A stretch of 64,000 bases of DNA, taken from positions 15,112-79,111 of the forward strand of contig JACRGD010000007.1 in NCBI GenBank assembly GCA_016212525.1, in the 5' to 3' direction. The position numbers and the translations under genes were made by a program. Positions 1 through 8,760 of this stretch are shown one piece after another (position 1 is the first letter of the stretch; every line of letters begins with the position of its first letter). This DNA is from Candidatus Micrarchaeota archaeon. Its GTDB lineage: Archaea; Micrarchaeota; Micrarchaeia; Anstonellales; Bilamarchaeaceae. The notes under the pieces were generated by a model that was not told where the DNA came from, searched no databases, and saw nothing but the letters and a program-made list of their open reading frames with translations.

Positions 1-4
1 GGTA

Positions 5-571
5 ATGAAAATGATGGGGATTAGCGAAATGACAATGACAGAACATTTCAAACTTTATAACGGATATGTAAACAAATACAACGAATGTATGGAAAAAACT
101 GCAGCCCTGAGCACAGATACAGTAAAGGCGGGACAAATAACATATAGCGACATTCGATCGCTCAAGATGGGACTCGCATTCGCATATGGCGGAATGATTA
201 ACCATGAAGTCTATTTTCACAACCTTGGCGGAAGCGGGGGCAAACCAACTGGAAAATTACTTGCACAAATAGAAAAAGACTTCGATTCATATGAAAGATT
301 CGAAGCAGAATTCAGAGGAACTGCAATGGCCGGACGCGGGTGGGCATTTTTGGTTTGGTGCCATGACATAAATCGACTAATGATAGTCATTGGAGACGAT
401 CAGTCATCATTTCCACCACACAATTCACACCTGATTCTTGCATGCGATGTCTATGAGCATGCGTATTATCTGGACCATAAAACAGCAAGAACGGCATATC
501 TTGATGCTTACTTCAAAAACATAGATTGGAAAGACGTCGAATCGAGATTCGAATCTGCAATCAAACACTAA
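5..571 (+). CDS. sod: Fe/Mn superoxide dismutase
   Basis: Metal-ligand motifs H..LY.GY, NHEVYF, DVYEHAYY; N-terminus may extend past the window edge. Confidence 0.9.
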   Translation: MKMMGISEMTMTEHFKLYNGYVNKYNECMEKTAALSTDTVKAGQITYSDIRSLKMGLAFAYGGMINHEVYFHNLGGSGGKPTGKLLAQIEKDFDSYERFEAEFRGTAMAGRGWAFLVWCHDINRLMIVIGDDQSSFPPHNSHLILACDVYEHAYYLDHKTARTAYLDAYFKNIDWKDVESRFESAIKH

Positions 572-584
572 AGTGGTGAAAATA

Positions 585-1055
585 ATGGGAAATGATTGTT
601 GTTCTAATGCCACAAAGTGCAGCGAAGAAGAAGTAAAAAAACACGTCATGAAAAAGAGTGCCGGCCTTTTATTGATGAGATTGGCACTAGGGCTATTTAT
701 GATACATGGATATTCAAAACTTACAGACATAAACGGAACCACAGCATTCTTCAGTTCGCTTGGAGTTCCGATGCCTGGAATAATGGCATATGTAGTGGGA
801 CTTACCGAATTTTTAGGCGGACTTGCCATGATATTGGGAATTTTCACCAGCATAGCAGGAGTTCTGTTAGGCTCAGTAATGCTAGTTGCATTTTCCAGTA
901 ATTTCTCAGGAGGACTGATATCATACGAACTTGATCTGGTCTTTTTGATGCTCGCACTGGGAATCGGACTAATCGGACCCGGAAAATTTAGCCTTAAGGC
1001 GCTGATAAAAAACAAGTGCAATTGCGGCGGAAACTGTCCAGTCTGCAAACTCTAA
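585..1055 (+). CDS. DoxX-family membrane protein with Cys-rich termini
   Basis: RLALGLFMIHGYSKL, EFLGG, GPGKFSL motifs; GGTGA RBS before ATG 585. Confidence 0.85.
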   Translation: MGNDCCSNATKCSEEEVKKHVMKKSAGLLLMRLALGLFMIHGYSKLTDINGTTAFFSSLGVPMPGIMAYVVGLTEFLGGLAMILGIFTSIAGVLLGSVMLVAFSSNFSGGLISYELDLVFLMLALGIGLIGPGKFSLKALIKNKCNCGGNCPVCKL

Positions 1056-1087
1056 ACTCTTTTATTCTTTCTTTTATTTATTCAATC

Positions 1088-1738
1088 ATGTATCTAATTG
1101 TTTTTGCACATCCAGACTCAGAAAAAAGCCATAATGCACTCTTACTCAAGTTCGTTCGGGAAAAACTCGAAAAAAACAGGGAGAAATATCAGATTATCGA
1201 TCTGTACAAAGAAAAATTCGATCCACTATTATCCAAAGAAGAATGGAAAGGGGAAAAGAATGCCCAAATCGAAAAATATCAAAAAATGGTCAAGGAAGCA
1301 GACAGACTTGTATTCATCTATCCAGTGTGGTGGTATAACATGCCATCGATCCTTAAGGGATTTTTCGATCGGGTTTTTACAAACGGATTTGCATATAACT
1401 TCCAAAAAGAATCCACATTTATAAAAATAGGAAGAATTTGTTTTGGTTGGGCGTTAGGAATAAGCCTTCTTTATCCGATCTATCGGAAAATGATGCCGAT
1501 TAAAAAACACCTAAAGGGCAAATGCGCACTTATAATAAACACATTTGGAGGGTTTGAACAGGGACCATACCTCTACCAAAATGCACACGAAAACTGCACG
1601 GACAAAGCAGTGCTCGATTTCTGCGGTATCTGGCCCATACACAGAGTAAACTGGTACGAGGTAAGAGGCGAGGCTAACGAAATACCCGAAAATATCCAGA
1701 AAAAGATCGAGCAGAAGATAGAAAAGATGAGCTGCTAA
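1088..1738 (+). CDS. NAD(P)H-dependent quinone oxidoreductase (flavodoxin-like fold)
   Basis: AHP, DLY, YPVWWYNMPSILKGFFDRV motif. Confidence 0.85.
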   Translation: MYLIVFAHPDSEKSHNALLLKFVREKLEKNREKYQIIDLYKEKFDPLLSKEEWKGEKNAQIEKYQKMVKEADRLVFIYPVWWYNMPSILKGFFDRVFTNGFAYNFQKESTFIKIGRICFGWALGISLLYPIYRKMMPIKKHLKGKCALIINTFGGFEQGPYLYQNAHENCTDKAVLDFCGIWPIHRVNWYEVRGEANEIPENIQKKIEQKIEKMSC

Positions 1739-1745
1739 TCAAGAA

Positions 1746-1898
1746 CTAGCGGGAAACTTTTTCTTTAATACCATTAACGATAAATGCGGCACTAGTAAGA
1801 ACACAGAGGGGACATGGATGTGCAACTGAGCTAACGGCCCAGATCGCACCGATGGCAAGGCTCTCGTTCCCTTTTTTGATGAGGTTTTCCTTATTCAC
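1746..1898 (-). CDS. small membrane protein with CPLC motif
   Basis: ~50 aa from GTG 1898; hydrophobic hairpin around HPCPLC. Confidence 0.45.
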   Translation of the reverse strand: MNKENLIKKGNESLAIGAIWAVSSVAHPCPLCVLTSAAFIVNGIKEKVSR

Positions 1899-2170
1899 AT
1901 AGAAAATGAGTCTGAAAGAGAATAAAAATAAGATGGAAAATAAGTTTGACCTTGCCGTTTTTTGCCGCTTTTCCGGCTTCATCTCGCGAAACCTGCTTTA
2001 GCACATGTAGCTTCGCAGACCTTCGCTCTGTTCAGGTCTGCTCGCGTCGCAAAACTAGTGCTTCGCTCAGCGTCGTCGTCCCTTCGGGACGACTCGCGCT
2101 TCCGCGGAAATGAGGTGTGCTGGTTCTTCTTTATAAACAAGGCAAAAATAGTACTCTTTGGTGAAGAGAA

Positions 2171-2386
2171 ATGAAAGTTGAACAAAAGCTTGAATCGCTC
2201 ATGCAATATCGAAGTGAGTTGAGAGAGGATGACCGAAAGGTTTTGGATCGACTGATGAGCTTTGCCAGAGATCGGGTAAGAGCATGTGCAAAAGCAGACA
2301 ATTTGAGTGTCCTTGAATCGATGCTCCTTGCAATGGTCATAGAGCAGCAAAAAATTATAGAAGAAATACAGGTCCAAACCGCTTAG
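2171..2386 (+). CDS. small helical protein resembling the arCOG07300-type PolB2-operon-associated protein
   Basis: LR..DR..LD.LM..AR...A......LESMLLAMV.EQQK pattern (recognised from memory); GGTGA RBS at 2160. Confidence 0.55.
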   Translation: MKVEQKLESLMQYRSELREDDRKVLDRLMSFARDRVRACAKADNLSVLESMLLAMVIEQQKIIEEIQVQTA

Positions 2387-2484
2387 ATGAGCATTACACT
2401 TCTTGGTCAGGAGACAAATAGGTTGCCATAGGGGGTGCGCGGGACGGGAGACCCGCTACCCTCAAACCACAACAATAGGAATAG

Positions 2485-2844
2485 TTATTCAGACATCATC
2501 CCTAAAACAAACTGAATGAGAACAGGATGCTGAGCAGAGAGAACCTTGTCCATTTTGGCCTTAAGTACCTCGTCTTTTGAGTAGGCATGAAGAGCTTCCA
2601 GGATAGATCTTCGAGACTTAAGTGCATTAGATAGGTGAGTATTGACATCCTTGAACATATTGTCCATTTCAACGGCTTCTTTGCCTAAAGATGAGATATC
2701 GATAGTTTCACGTGGACCACCGCAGCAACCCCCGCCACCACAACCAGATGGAGAACATACATCAGAATCATCAGAACATTTATTAGCACAATTTTCATCA
2801 TCGTTGGAACAAGCCGAACCATCCTTACAACATTTACTTCCCAT
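2485..2844 (-). CDS. hypothetical protein with metallothionein-like Cys-rich N-terminus
   Basis: 9 Cys in first ~41 aa (CC, CGGGGCC); lies downstream of FTR1. Confidence 0.65.
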   Translation of the reverse strand: MGSKCCKDGSACSNDDENCANKCSDDSDVCSPSGCGGGGCCGGPRETIDISSLGKEAVEMDNMFKDVNTHLSNALKSRRSILEALHAYSKDEVLKAKMDKVLSAQHPVLIQFVLGMMSE

Positions 2845-2892
2845 AAAAATACCAGACTAGAAATAGAAGGAAATGTATTATAAACAGAAAAA

Positions 2893-3705
2893 TCAGGATT
2901 TGCTCCGATAAATCGCGTAGATAGTCAGAAGGTATCCGAAATAACTCAAAAGCTGTAGATCACTTGGATTTCCATCATAACCAATAAGACCCTTAAAGAT
3001 AGAACCAATAGGACCTTTTTCATGTAGCAAAGGATATGATCCATCTGAATTTTGTGGAGGATTGATGTCATATACATGTTCCACGTAGGTAGGAAGAATA
3101 TGAGCCTCCTGAAGTTCATGGATGCCTTGAGAGAAAAGGCCTGCAGCTAGCAAAATCAGAATAACAGTTGTGATCTTGAAAAATCTGCCAACATTGAAAT
3201 TTATTGCATATTCAAATATCAATACTCCTAAAACAATGGCAGCCACAGCGCCCATAAAACCTCCAACAAGAGAGATTGCACCAGTATTAACATAAATTCC
3301 GGCTAAAAAGAGAACGGATTCAACTCCCTCTCGAAGAGTAGACGTAAATGCGAGCAAAAAAAGCCCCAATGTTTCTTTTTTTTCGAGGGCCACCTTGACA
3401 TCCTTAGTAAGAGAGTCGACAACTTTTTTCTGACCCAGCATCCAAAGCACAAGCCAGCTAACAAGACCACTTGTGAGAATTAGAAAAAAACCTTCAAAAA
3501 GTTCTTCACTTGCACTAAAACCCCCCTGAACAAATTGAAAAATAAATGCAAGACCAATACTCGCAACCAGACCGGCCGCTACGCCTAACCAAACATGCTT
3601 TTCGTGATCCTCATTTTTTGTTTTGTGCAAATATGCAAGAATAATACTAACAACAAATGCAATCTCAAGACTTTCTCTAAATAGTACGATGAACTCAGCA
3701 AGCAT
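2893..3705 (-). CDS. FTR1/EfeU-family iron permease
   Basis: Two RExxE motifs (FRESLE, LREGVE), GIHELQEA, multiple TM helices. Confidence 0.92.
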   Translation of the reverse strand: MLAEFIVLFRESLEIAFVVSIILAYLHKTKNEDHEKHVWLGVAAGLVASIGLAFIFQFVQGGFSASEELFEGFFLILTSGLVSWLVLWMLGQKKVVDSLTKDVKVALEKKETLGLFLLAFTSTLREGVESVLFLAGIYVNTGAISLVGGFMGAVAAIVLGVLIFEYAINFNVGRFFKITTVILILLAAGLFSQGIHELQEAHILPTYVEHVYDINPPQNSDGSYPLLHEKGPIGSIFKGLIGYDGNPSDLQLLSYFGYLLTIYAIYRSKS

Positions 3706-3713
3706 ATAAGATA

Positions 3714-3760
3714 ACTAAACAGTTAGGACATTATAAGCAGTTACCTAAATAAATTAGGTT
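3714..3760 (-). promoter_or_regulatory. FTR1 promoter: TATA box flanked by TTAGG/CCTAA half-sites (putative DtxR-family operator)
   Basis: TTATAA 3731-3736, ~26 nt upstream of the ATG; inverted repeat ACCTAA-N5-TTAGGT 3743-3759 and TTAGG 3723-3727. Confidence 0.4.
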
Positions 3761-3923
3761 TTTAGAAAAAAACGAATATGTCAGACTCGACAAATCCGCA
3801 AATCTCTTAACTCTCCAAGCTCGACCGCCGCAGCACAGGTACGACTGTGTTCTGCGACTCCATTGACAGCATAAGAAAAAATAGAAATATCAGGATGAAA
3901 GAAAATGTTAAGACTCCCTGAGA

Positions 3924-4316
3924 TTAAGACTTTGTTTCTAATTTATTTACAAGATCGATGAGTTTGGAAACGGTTTCTTCGCTCAACTGATGCTCGAGAT
4001 AGCAGGCATCAAGATATGCAGTAGATTTGGAAACTCCAGCTATTTCAAAGAGCCGTAGGAAAACAAGATATCGCTTGCGAATGGAATCTGCCTTTTCTTT
4101 ACCATCAGAAGTAAGAGTTATCGCACCGCGCTTCTCGTAATTGATAAGGCCTGATTTCGAGAGTTTCTGGATCATTTGGGTAACACTGGGAGCAGAAACG
4201 CATAACGTTTTAGAGATATCACTAACCCGGGCATAACCTTTCTTATCGATTATCTCGGAAATTACACGAAGATAATTTTCAGATATTCGTGATATCGAAG
4301 CATCGGACACAGACAT
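3924..4316 (-). CDS. DtxR/MntR-family metal-dependent transcriptional regulator
   Basis: ENYLRVI, ARVSDIS, SAPSVTQMIQKL, ACYLEHQLS. Confidence 0.9.
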   Translation of the reverse strand: MSVSDASISRISENYLRVISEIIDKKGYARVSDISKTLCVSAPSVTQMIQKLSKSGLINYEKRGAITLTSDGKEKADSIRKRYLVFLRLFEIAGVSKSTAYLDACYLEHQLSEETVSKLIDLVNKLETKS

Positions 4317-4450
4317 AGCAGATAATAATACTAACAAACAAGATATAAAGTCAGTCGAAAGGAGAAAGTAAACGCGGGATTTATAATCCAAAGGGCAGAT
4401 ATTAGTCACAGAAACAAGAAAATAACAAAATTCCTAGTTTTGTGATGATT

Positions 4451-6514
4451 ATGAGTACAGCGGATGCAGCCCCCTCAATCAAAGTAGATCTTTCTGCATC
4501 AGTTGCAACTTTTGGCGAATTCTTCAGTGGTGCCTACAAAAAGAAGCTAGATCTCCTGCGTCAGGTCTATCCGACCGAAAGAAGCATATACATTTCATAT
4601 CCAGATCTGGAAAAATTCGATCCGGATCTGGCAGACGCACTAATAAAAAGCCCAGATTTGGTTCTTGAAGCCGCAGAACAGTCCATTAGGGACATGAATC
4701 TTCGAGTAGCTGCAGGAGGCGAGTTTTCACCGCGGGTCAGATTTATAGACGTACCATCTGATGACAAATTGATAGAGCAATTGAGCTCAAAAGAAATAAA
4801 CGAATTGGTATCTTACAAGTGTGTCGTAACCAAACGTGCAGAAGTGATGCATCGGATAAAAATTGCCGCGTTTAAATGCCAGTTATGCGAGTTTGAAATG
4901 ACAATCGCAGTTGGCAAGGATTTTGAGCCTCCAAAAAAATGCGATAACTGCAAAAAAATGGCACTAAAACAGATGGATGATCAGAGCACATTTGTCGATG
5001 TCCAAAAGGGCGAAGTGCAGGAATTACTTGAACGGGTTCGTGGAGGAGCACCAACTGCAAAAATCGAACTGATGATGGAAGAGGAGCTAGTAAACAAAAT
5101 AGCTCCAGGAGACACCATGATTATAGTCGGAATTCTACGACTTAGACCTCCACTAAAGAGCAGACAAAAGCAGGAATTAATGTACTCGCGATATGTAGAA
5201 GTAAACAGCATAACGAGCATGAAACGTGATTTCGAGCAGATAGAAATCACAAAAGAAGATGAAAAGAAAATACTAGAACTATCGAAAAAGCCGGATCTTG
5301 AAGAAATCATAATCAGCTCACTTGCTCCATCGATTTATGGACACACGGAAGTCAAACGCGCCATCACATTACAACTCTTTGGCGGAACGCGCGGCAAAAC
5401 AATGGTCGGTGGAATGCCGATTCGTGATGATATACATATCCTGCTTATCGGTGATCCTGGAATTGCGAAATCGAGATTTTTGATGAGCATAACAGAAATT
5501 GCACCCAAAAGTATCTATGTGAGTGGAAAGAGCGTTTCGGGAGCAGGACTTACCGTTTCGGCAGAAAAGGACGAATTGGGAGAAGGCGGATGGGTGCTTA
5601 AGGCAGGTGCATTGGTTCTTGCAAGCGGTGGAATGGCAACTATCGATGAATTTGACAAAATCGAGGAGGAGGATCGGGCTACATTGCACGAAGCGATGGA
5701 ATCTCAGTCAATTTCAGTTGCAAAGGCAGGTATAGTTGCAAAATTCAGAACTAAAACAGCCATACTCTCAGCAGCAAATCCCAAATATGGCCGATTCGAT
5801 ACAAGCAAAAATCTGGCAGAGCAGTTTGACATTCCTCCGACACTACTTTCGAGATTTGATCTGATCTTTCCAATAGTCGATGTGCTTGATGAAGAAAAAG
5901 ATTCGAAACTGGCAGACCACATACTCGCAACACATATGGGACGAGGTATAAAAGACACAGAAATTTTCGATCGGGAACTTTTACGTAAATATATATCATA
6001 CGCCAGAAGAAAGACATATCCCAAGCTCACGCAGATGGCATCTGATAAAATTAAGCAATTCTATGTTGATTTAAGAGGAAAGGGAAGATCGTCCGGTTCG
6101 GTTGCGATAACTCCAAGATACCTAGAAGGACTTGTAAGACTTGCAGAAGCCCATGCAAAAATACGATTAAGCGAAACGGTAGATGAGGCAGATGCCGAAG
6201 TCGCAATAGGGCTGCTAAACTACGTAATGAAACAGATAATGACGGATAAGGAAACAGGTCTCTTTGACGTCGATACTATTGCTACTGGAAAGCCCAAATC
6301 CGAGCGCGAAAAACTCCAGAAGGCAGATACAATACTTGACATAATCAGAGAGATACTAAGAAAGAATGAGTCTGCAGAAGTGGAACAGATCATAGCAGAT
6401 GCCAAAGGTTATGAAATAGAGGAGAATGCTGCCAAGAAGATTATTAATGATCTGCTAAGAAGAGGAATCATATACGAGAAAGAGTACGGCCATGTAAAAA
6501 TAGTAGGAGAGTGA
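4451..6514 (+). CDS. mcm: MCM replicative helicase
   Basis: Zn finger CxxC..CxxC, GDPGIAKS Walker A, IDEFDK, SRFD arginine finger. Confidence 0.97.
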   Translation: MSTADAAPSIKVDLSASVATFGEFFSGAYKKKLDLLRQVYPTERSIYISYPDLEKFDPDLADALIKSPDLVLEAAEQSIRDMNLRVAAGGEFSPRVRFIDVPSDDKLIEQLSSKEINELVSYKCVVTKRAEVMHRIKIAAFKCQLCEFEMTIAVGKDFEPPKKCDNCKKMALKQMDDQSTFVDVQKGEVQELLERVRGGAPTAKIELMMEEELVNKIAPGDTMIIVGILRLRPPLKSRQKQELMYSRYVEVNSITSMKRDFEQIEITKEDEKKILELSKKPDLEEIIISSLAPSIYGHTEVKRAITLQLFGGTRGKTMVGGMPIRDDIHILLIGDPGIAKSRFLMSITEIAPKSIYVSGKSVSGAGLTVSAEKDELGEGGWVLKAGALVLASGGMATIDEFDKIEEEDRATLHEAMESQSISVAKAGIVAKFRTKTAILSAANPKYGRFDTSKNLAEQFDIPPTLLSRFDLIFPIVDVLDEEKDSKLADHILATHMGRGIKDTEIFDRELLRKYISYARRKTYPKLTQMASDKIKQFYVDLRGKGRSSGSVAITPRYLEGLVRLAEAHAKIRLSETVDEADAEVAIGLLNYVMKQIMTDKETGLFDVDTIATGKPKSEREKLQKADTILDIIREILRKNESAEVEQIIADAKGYEIEENAAKKIINDLLRRGIIYEKEYGHVKIVGE

Positions 6515-6518
6515 AATC

Positions 6519-7361
6519 GTGAAAGCACTTACAAAACTAATGATAATATTTGTACTAGCCCAGATTCTGGGATTTTTAACCGGAATTACGGTTCTTCGGG
6601 ATTATTCACAAAATCAGTTTGCCCAGGCACTTTCAGTAACAGCTGACTCGCAAGACATTGGAAACGTCATTTTCTTCATAGGTTACATAATATTTAGCGC
6701 AGTTGCAATGATCCTTTTGATCAGGTATTTAGGAAAGCACAAAATCCTATTTAGGGCCATGGAATTTTTCATGATCTCTGGATCAAGCTCCATTGCATTC
6801 TATGCGATGCTTAGATTAGTACTTGGAATTGATGAGAGTACCATTGGAGGAATCATACTTGGCCTCATATTAGCCGCGATAAAAATCAGCAAAAAACTAG
6901 AGGTAAAAAATATTGCAGCCCTCATGGCCACTGCAGGAGTTGGAGTTGTATTTGGAATTTCGCTAGGTCCCATTCCGATGACAATATTCCTGATATTGCT
7001 TTCAATCTATGATTACATAGCAGTGTTTAAGACAAAGCACATGGTCGAGATGGCCAACTTCGTAGTAGAGCAGGACATGGCATTCACAGTAACTGCCACC
7101 ACAGATGAACCCCAGGAAGACGAAATGGACAAAAGAATTGATTTGGGAACCGGGGACTTGATAGCACCAATAATGATGGGAGTTGCAGTTCTTCCGATCA
7201 GTCCAATTGCATCAATTCTGACGTTTTTAGGAGCGATAGCCGCAATGATCGTGTTTATTTATATAGTACGAAAGAAGAAGATCGTACTTCCGGCATTGCC
7301 TCCAATAGTAGCAGGAATGTTCATGGTCCTTGTATTTGGAAAGATAGCGGGATTGTATTGA
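6519..7361 (+). CDS. presenilin/SPP-family intramembrane aspartyl protease
   Basis: YD, GTGD and PALP motifs; multi-TM. Confidence 0.9.
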   Translation: MKALTKLMIIFVLAQILGFLTGITVLRDYSQNQFAQALSVTADSQDIGNVIFFIGYIIFSAVAMILLIRYLGKHKILFRAMEFFMISGSSSIAFYAMLRLVLGIDESTIGGIILGLILAAIKISKKLEVKNIAALMATAGVGVVFGISLGPIPMTIFLILLSIYDYIAVFKTKHMVEMANFVVEQDMAFTVTATTDEPQEDEMDKRIDLGTGDLIAPIMMGVAVLPISPIASILTFLGAIAAMIVFIYIVRKKKIVLPALPPIVAGMFMVLVFGKIAGLY

Positions 7362-7394
7362 TCGGCATGAGATCAAAAAAGCAGAAGTTAATTT

Positions 7395-8426
7395 TTATTT
7401 TTTAACTCTTATATCCAAAACAACCTGAACTTCTTTTGGTGAATATGGCCGAACAATTCGTTTGCCAACAACCTCAATCTTAACGCCTGCTTTTCTGGCC
7501 TCGGTTTCTGCTTTCTCTAATGCATGAACAGACCAATCGATTTCCTTTACGATAGTATAGAAATGCACTATGCCACCAGATTTGATACCTGCAAATGCGA
7601 CATCAAGAAATTCATGCGCACTATGCGGAAGAGGCATAACAATCCGGTCGGCAAAGTCCAGGTATTTAGATAGGACAACTTTGCGGACATCACCGGCTAC
7701 AGCAGTAACGTTCGGAAGATGATTTAGCGAAATGTTTTCCTCAAGTGAGACAATAGCATCAGGATTCAATTCTATCGCAACTATTTGGGATTTCTTATGC
7801 TTCTTGGCCATAACAAGCGCAAATGGCCCTACTCCGGCAAAGAAAACAAGGACCTTTTCAGAAGGAGACATTAGGTCGGCAATTCTGCCACGCTCGTGAG
7901 CCAATCGAACCGAGAAATAGACTTTGGAAACATCGAATCGCATACGGACGCCACTTTCAACATAAGTAGCAAGAAGGTTTGGCCGACCTGCAATAAGAGA
8001 GAGCCTACGAACCCGAAATTCACCTTCCATGGCACCTAGTTTTTTATAGACAGATCTGACGTTTTTATGTGTCGTCAATACGGCCTCGCCGATTTGGGAA
8101 TCGTATTTGGAAAGTTTATCGGGAATTTCAACAATAGCGAGATTTCCTAGAATGTCGAAGGAAGAAATGAATTCACCAAGTTCTGATTGAGAAAGATGAG
8201 GCGACAGAAGGGATTTGACATCAAAGTTGGATTTAGGTCTTGCATCTGCAGCTAAGTCGACAATGTCAAAATCAGAGAAGTCAGAAGAAAGCACAGTAGA
8301 AGAGATAGGAAGGAAAACAAATTTGCTCTCGCGTACTATTGAATAGTCCGGGTTGAAAAATCCCTTTATTACTAGCCGCTTTCGGATCTCCTCAGCCCTA
8401 TCTTTTGGAATCCTAAGAAATTTCAT
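7395..8426 (-). CDS. Trm5/Taw2-family SAM-dependent tRNA-modifying enzyme
   Basis: FDILG, VYFSVRLAHER, FAGVGPF, DRIVMPLP. Confidence 0.88.
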   Translation of the reverse strand: MKFLRIPKDRAEEIRKRLVIKGFFNPDYSIVRESKFVFLPISSTVLSSDFSDFDIVDLAADARPKSNFDVKSLLSPHLSQSELGEFISSFDILGNLAIVEIPDKLSKYDSQIGEAVLTTHKNVRSVYKKLGAMEGEFRVRRLSLIAGRPNLLATYVESGVRMRFDVSKVYFSVRLAHERGRIADLMSPSEKVLVFFAGVGPFALVMAKKHKKSQIVAIELNPDAIVSLEENISLNHLPNVTAVAGDVRKVVLSKYLDFADRIVMPLPHSAHEFLDVAFAGIKSGGIVHFYTIVKEIDWSVHALEKAETEARKAGVKIEVVGKRIVRPYSPKEVQVVLDIRVKK

Positions 8427-8434
8427 CTAATAAC

Positions 8435-8755
8435 CTACACCCAAGGACTCTGATTGAGCTCTTTTATTTGTTTCAAACTTGATGAAACAATTTCCTGCCA
8501 GTTTGGCCCCAGAGTATGTTTAAATTTCTCAATTAATTCGAAGGCAAGGGCATCCGATCCTGAGGGAAAATCCAGAAAAATATTTTTTTTGGAATAGAAC
8601 AGACAAAGCGACAGTATAGACTCAAGGCCCTGCAATTTTGCATCATCGGGAGGTGGATTTGATCCAAAGAGCAAAACAAATTTTTGCTTGTCAACAGCAT
8701 CAAACTTTAGATCGATCAGGATCTTTCTAATCAAAGAGGAATGTGGATTTGTCAT
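8435..8755 (-). CDS. hypothetical protein
   Basis: 106-aa ORF tightly packed between leuS and the Trm5-like gene. Confidence 0.6.
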   Translation of the reverse strand: MTNPHSSLIRKILIDLKFDAVDKQKFVLLFGSNPPPDDAKLQGLESILSLCLFYSKKNIFLDFPSGSDALAFELIEKFKHTLGPNWQEIVSSSLKQIKELNQSPWV

Positions 8756-8760
8756 GTTAA

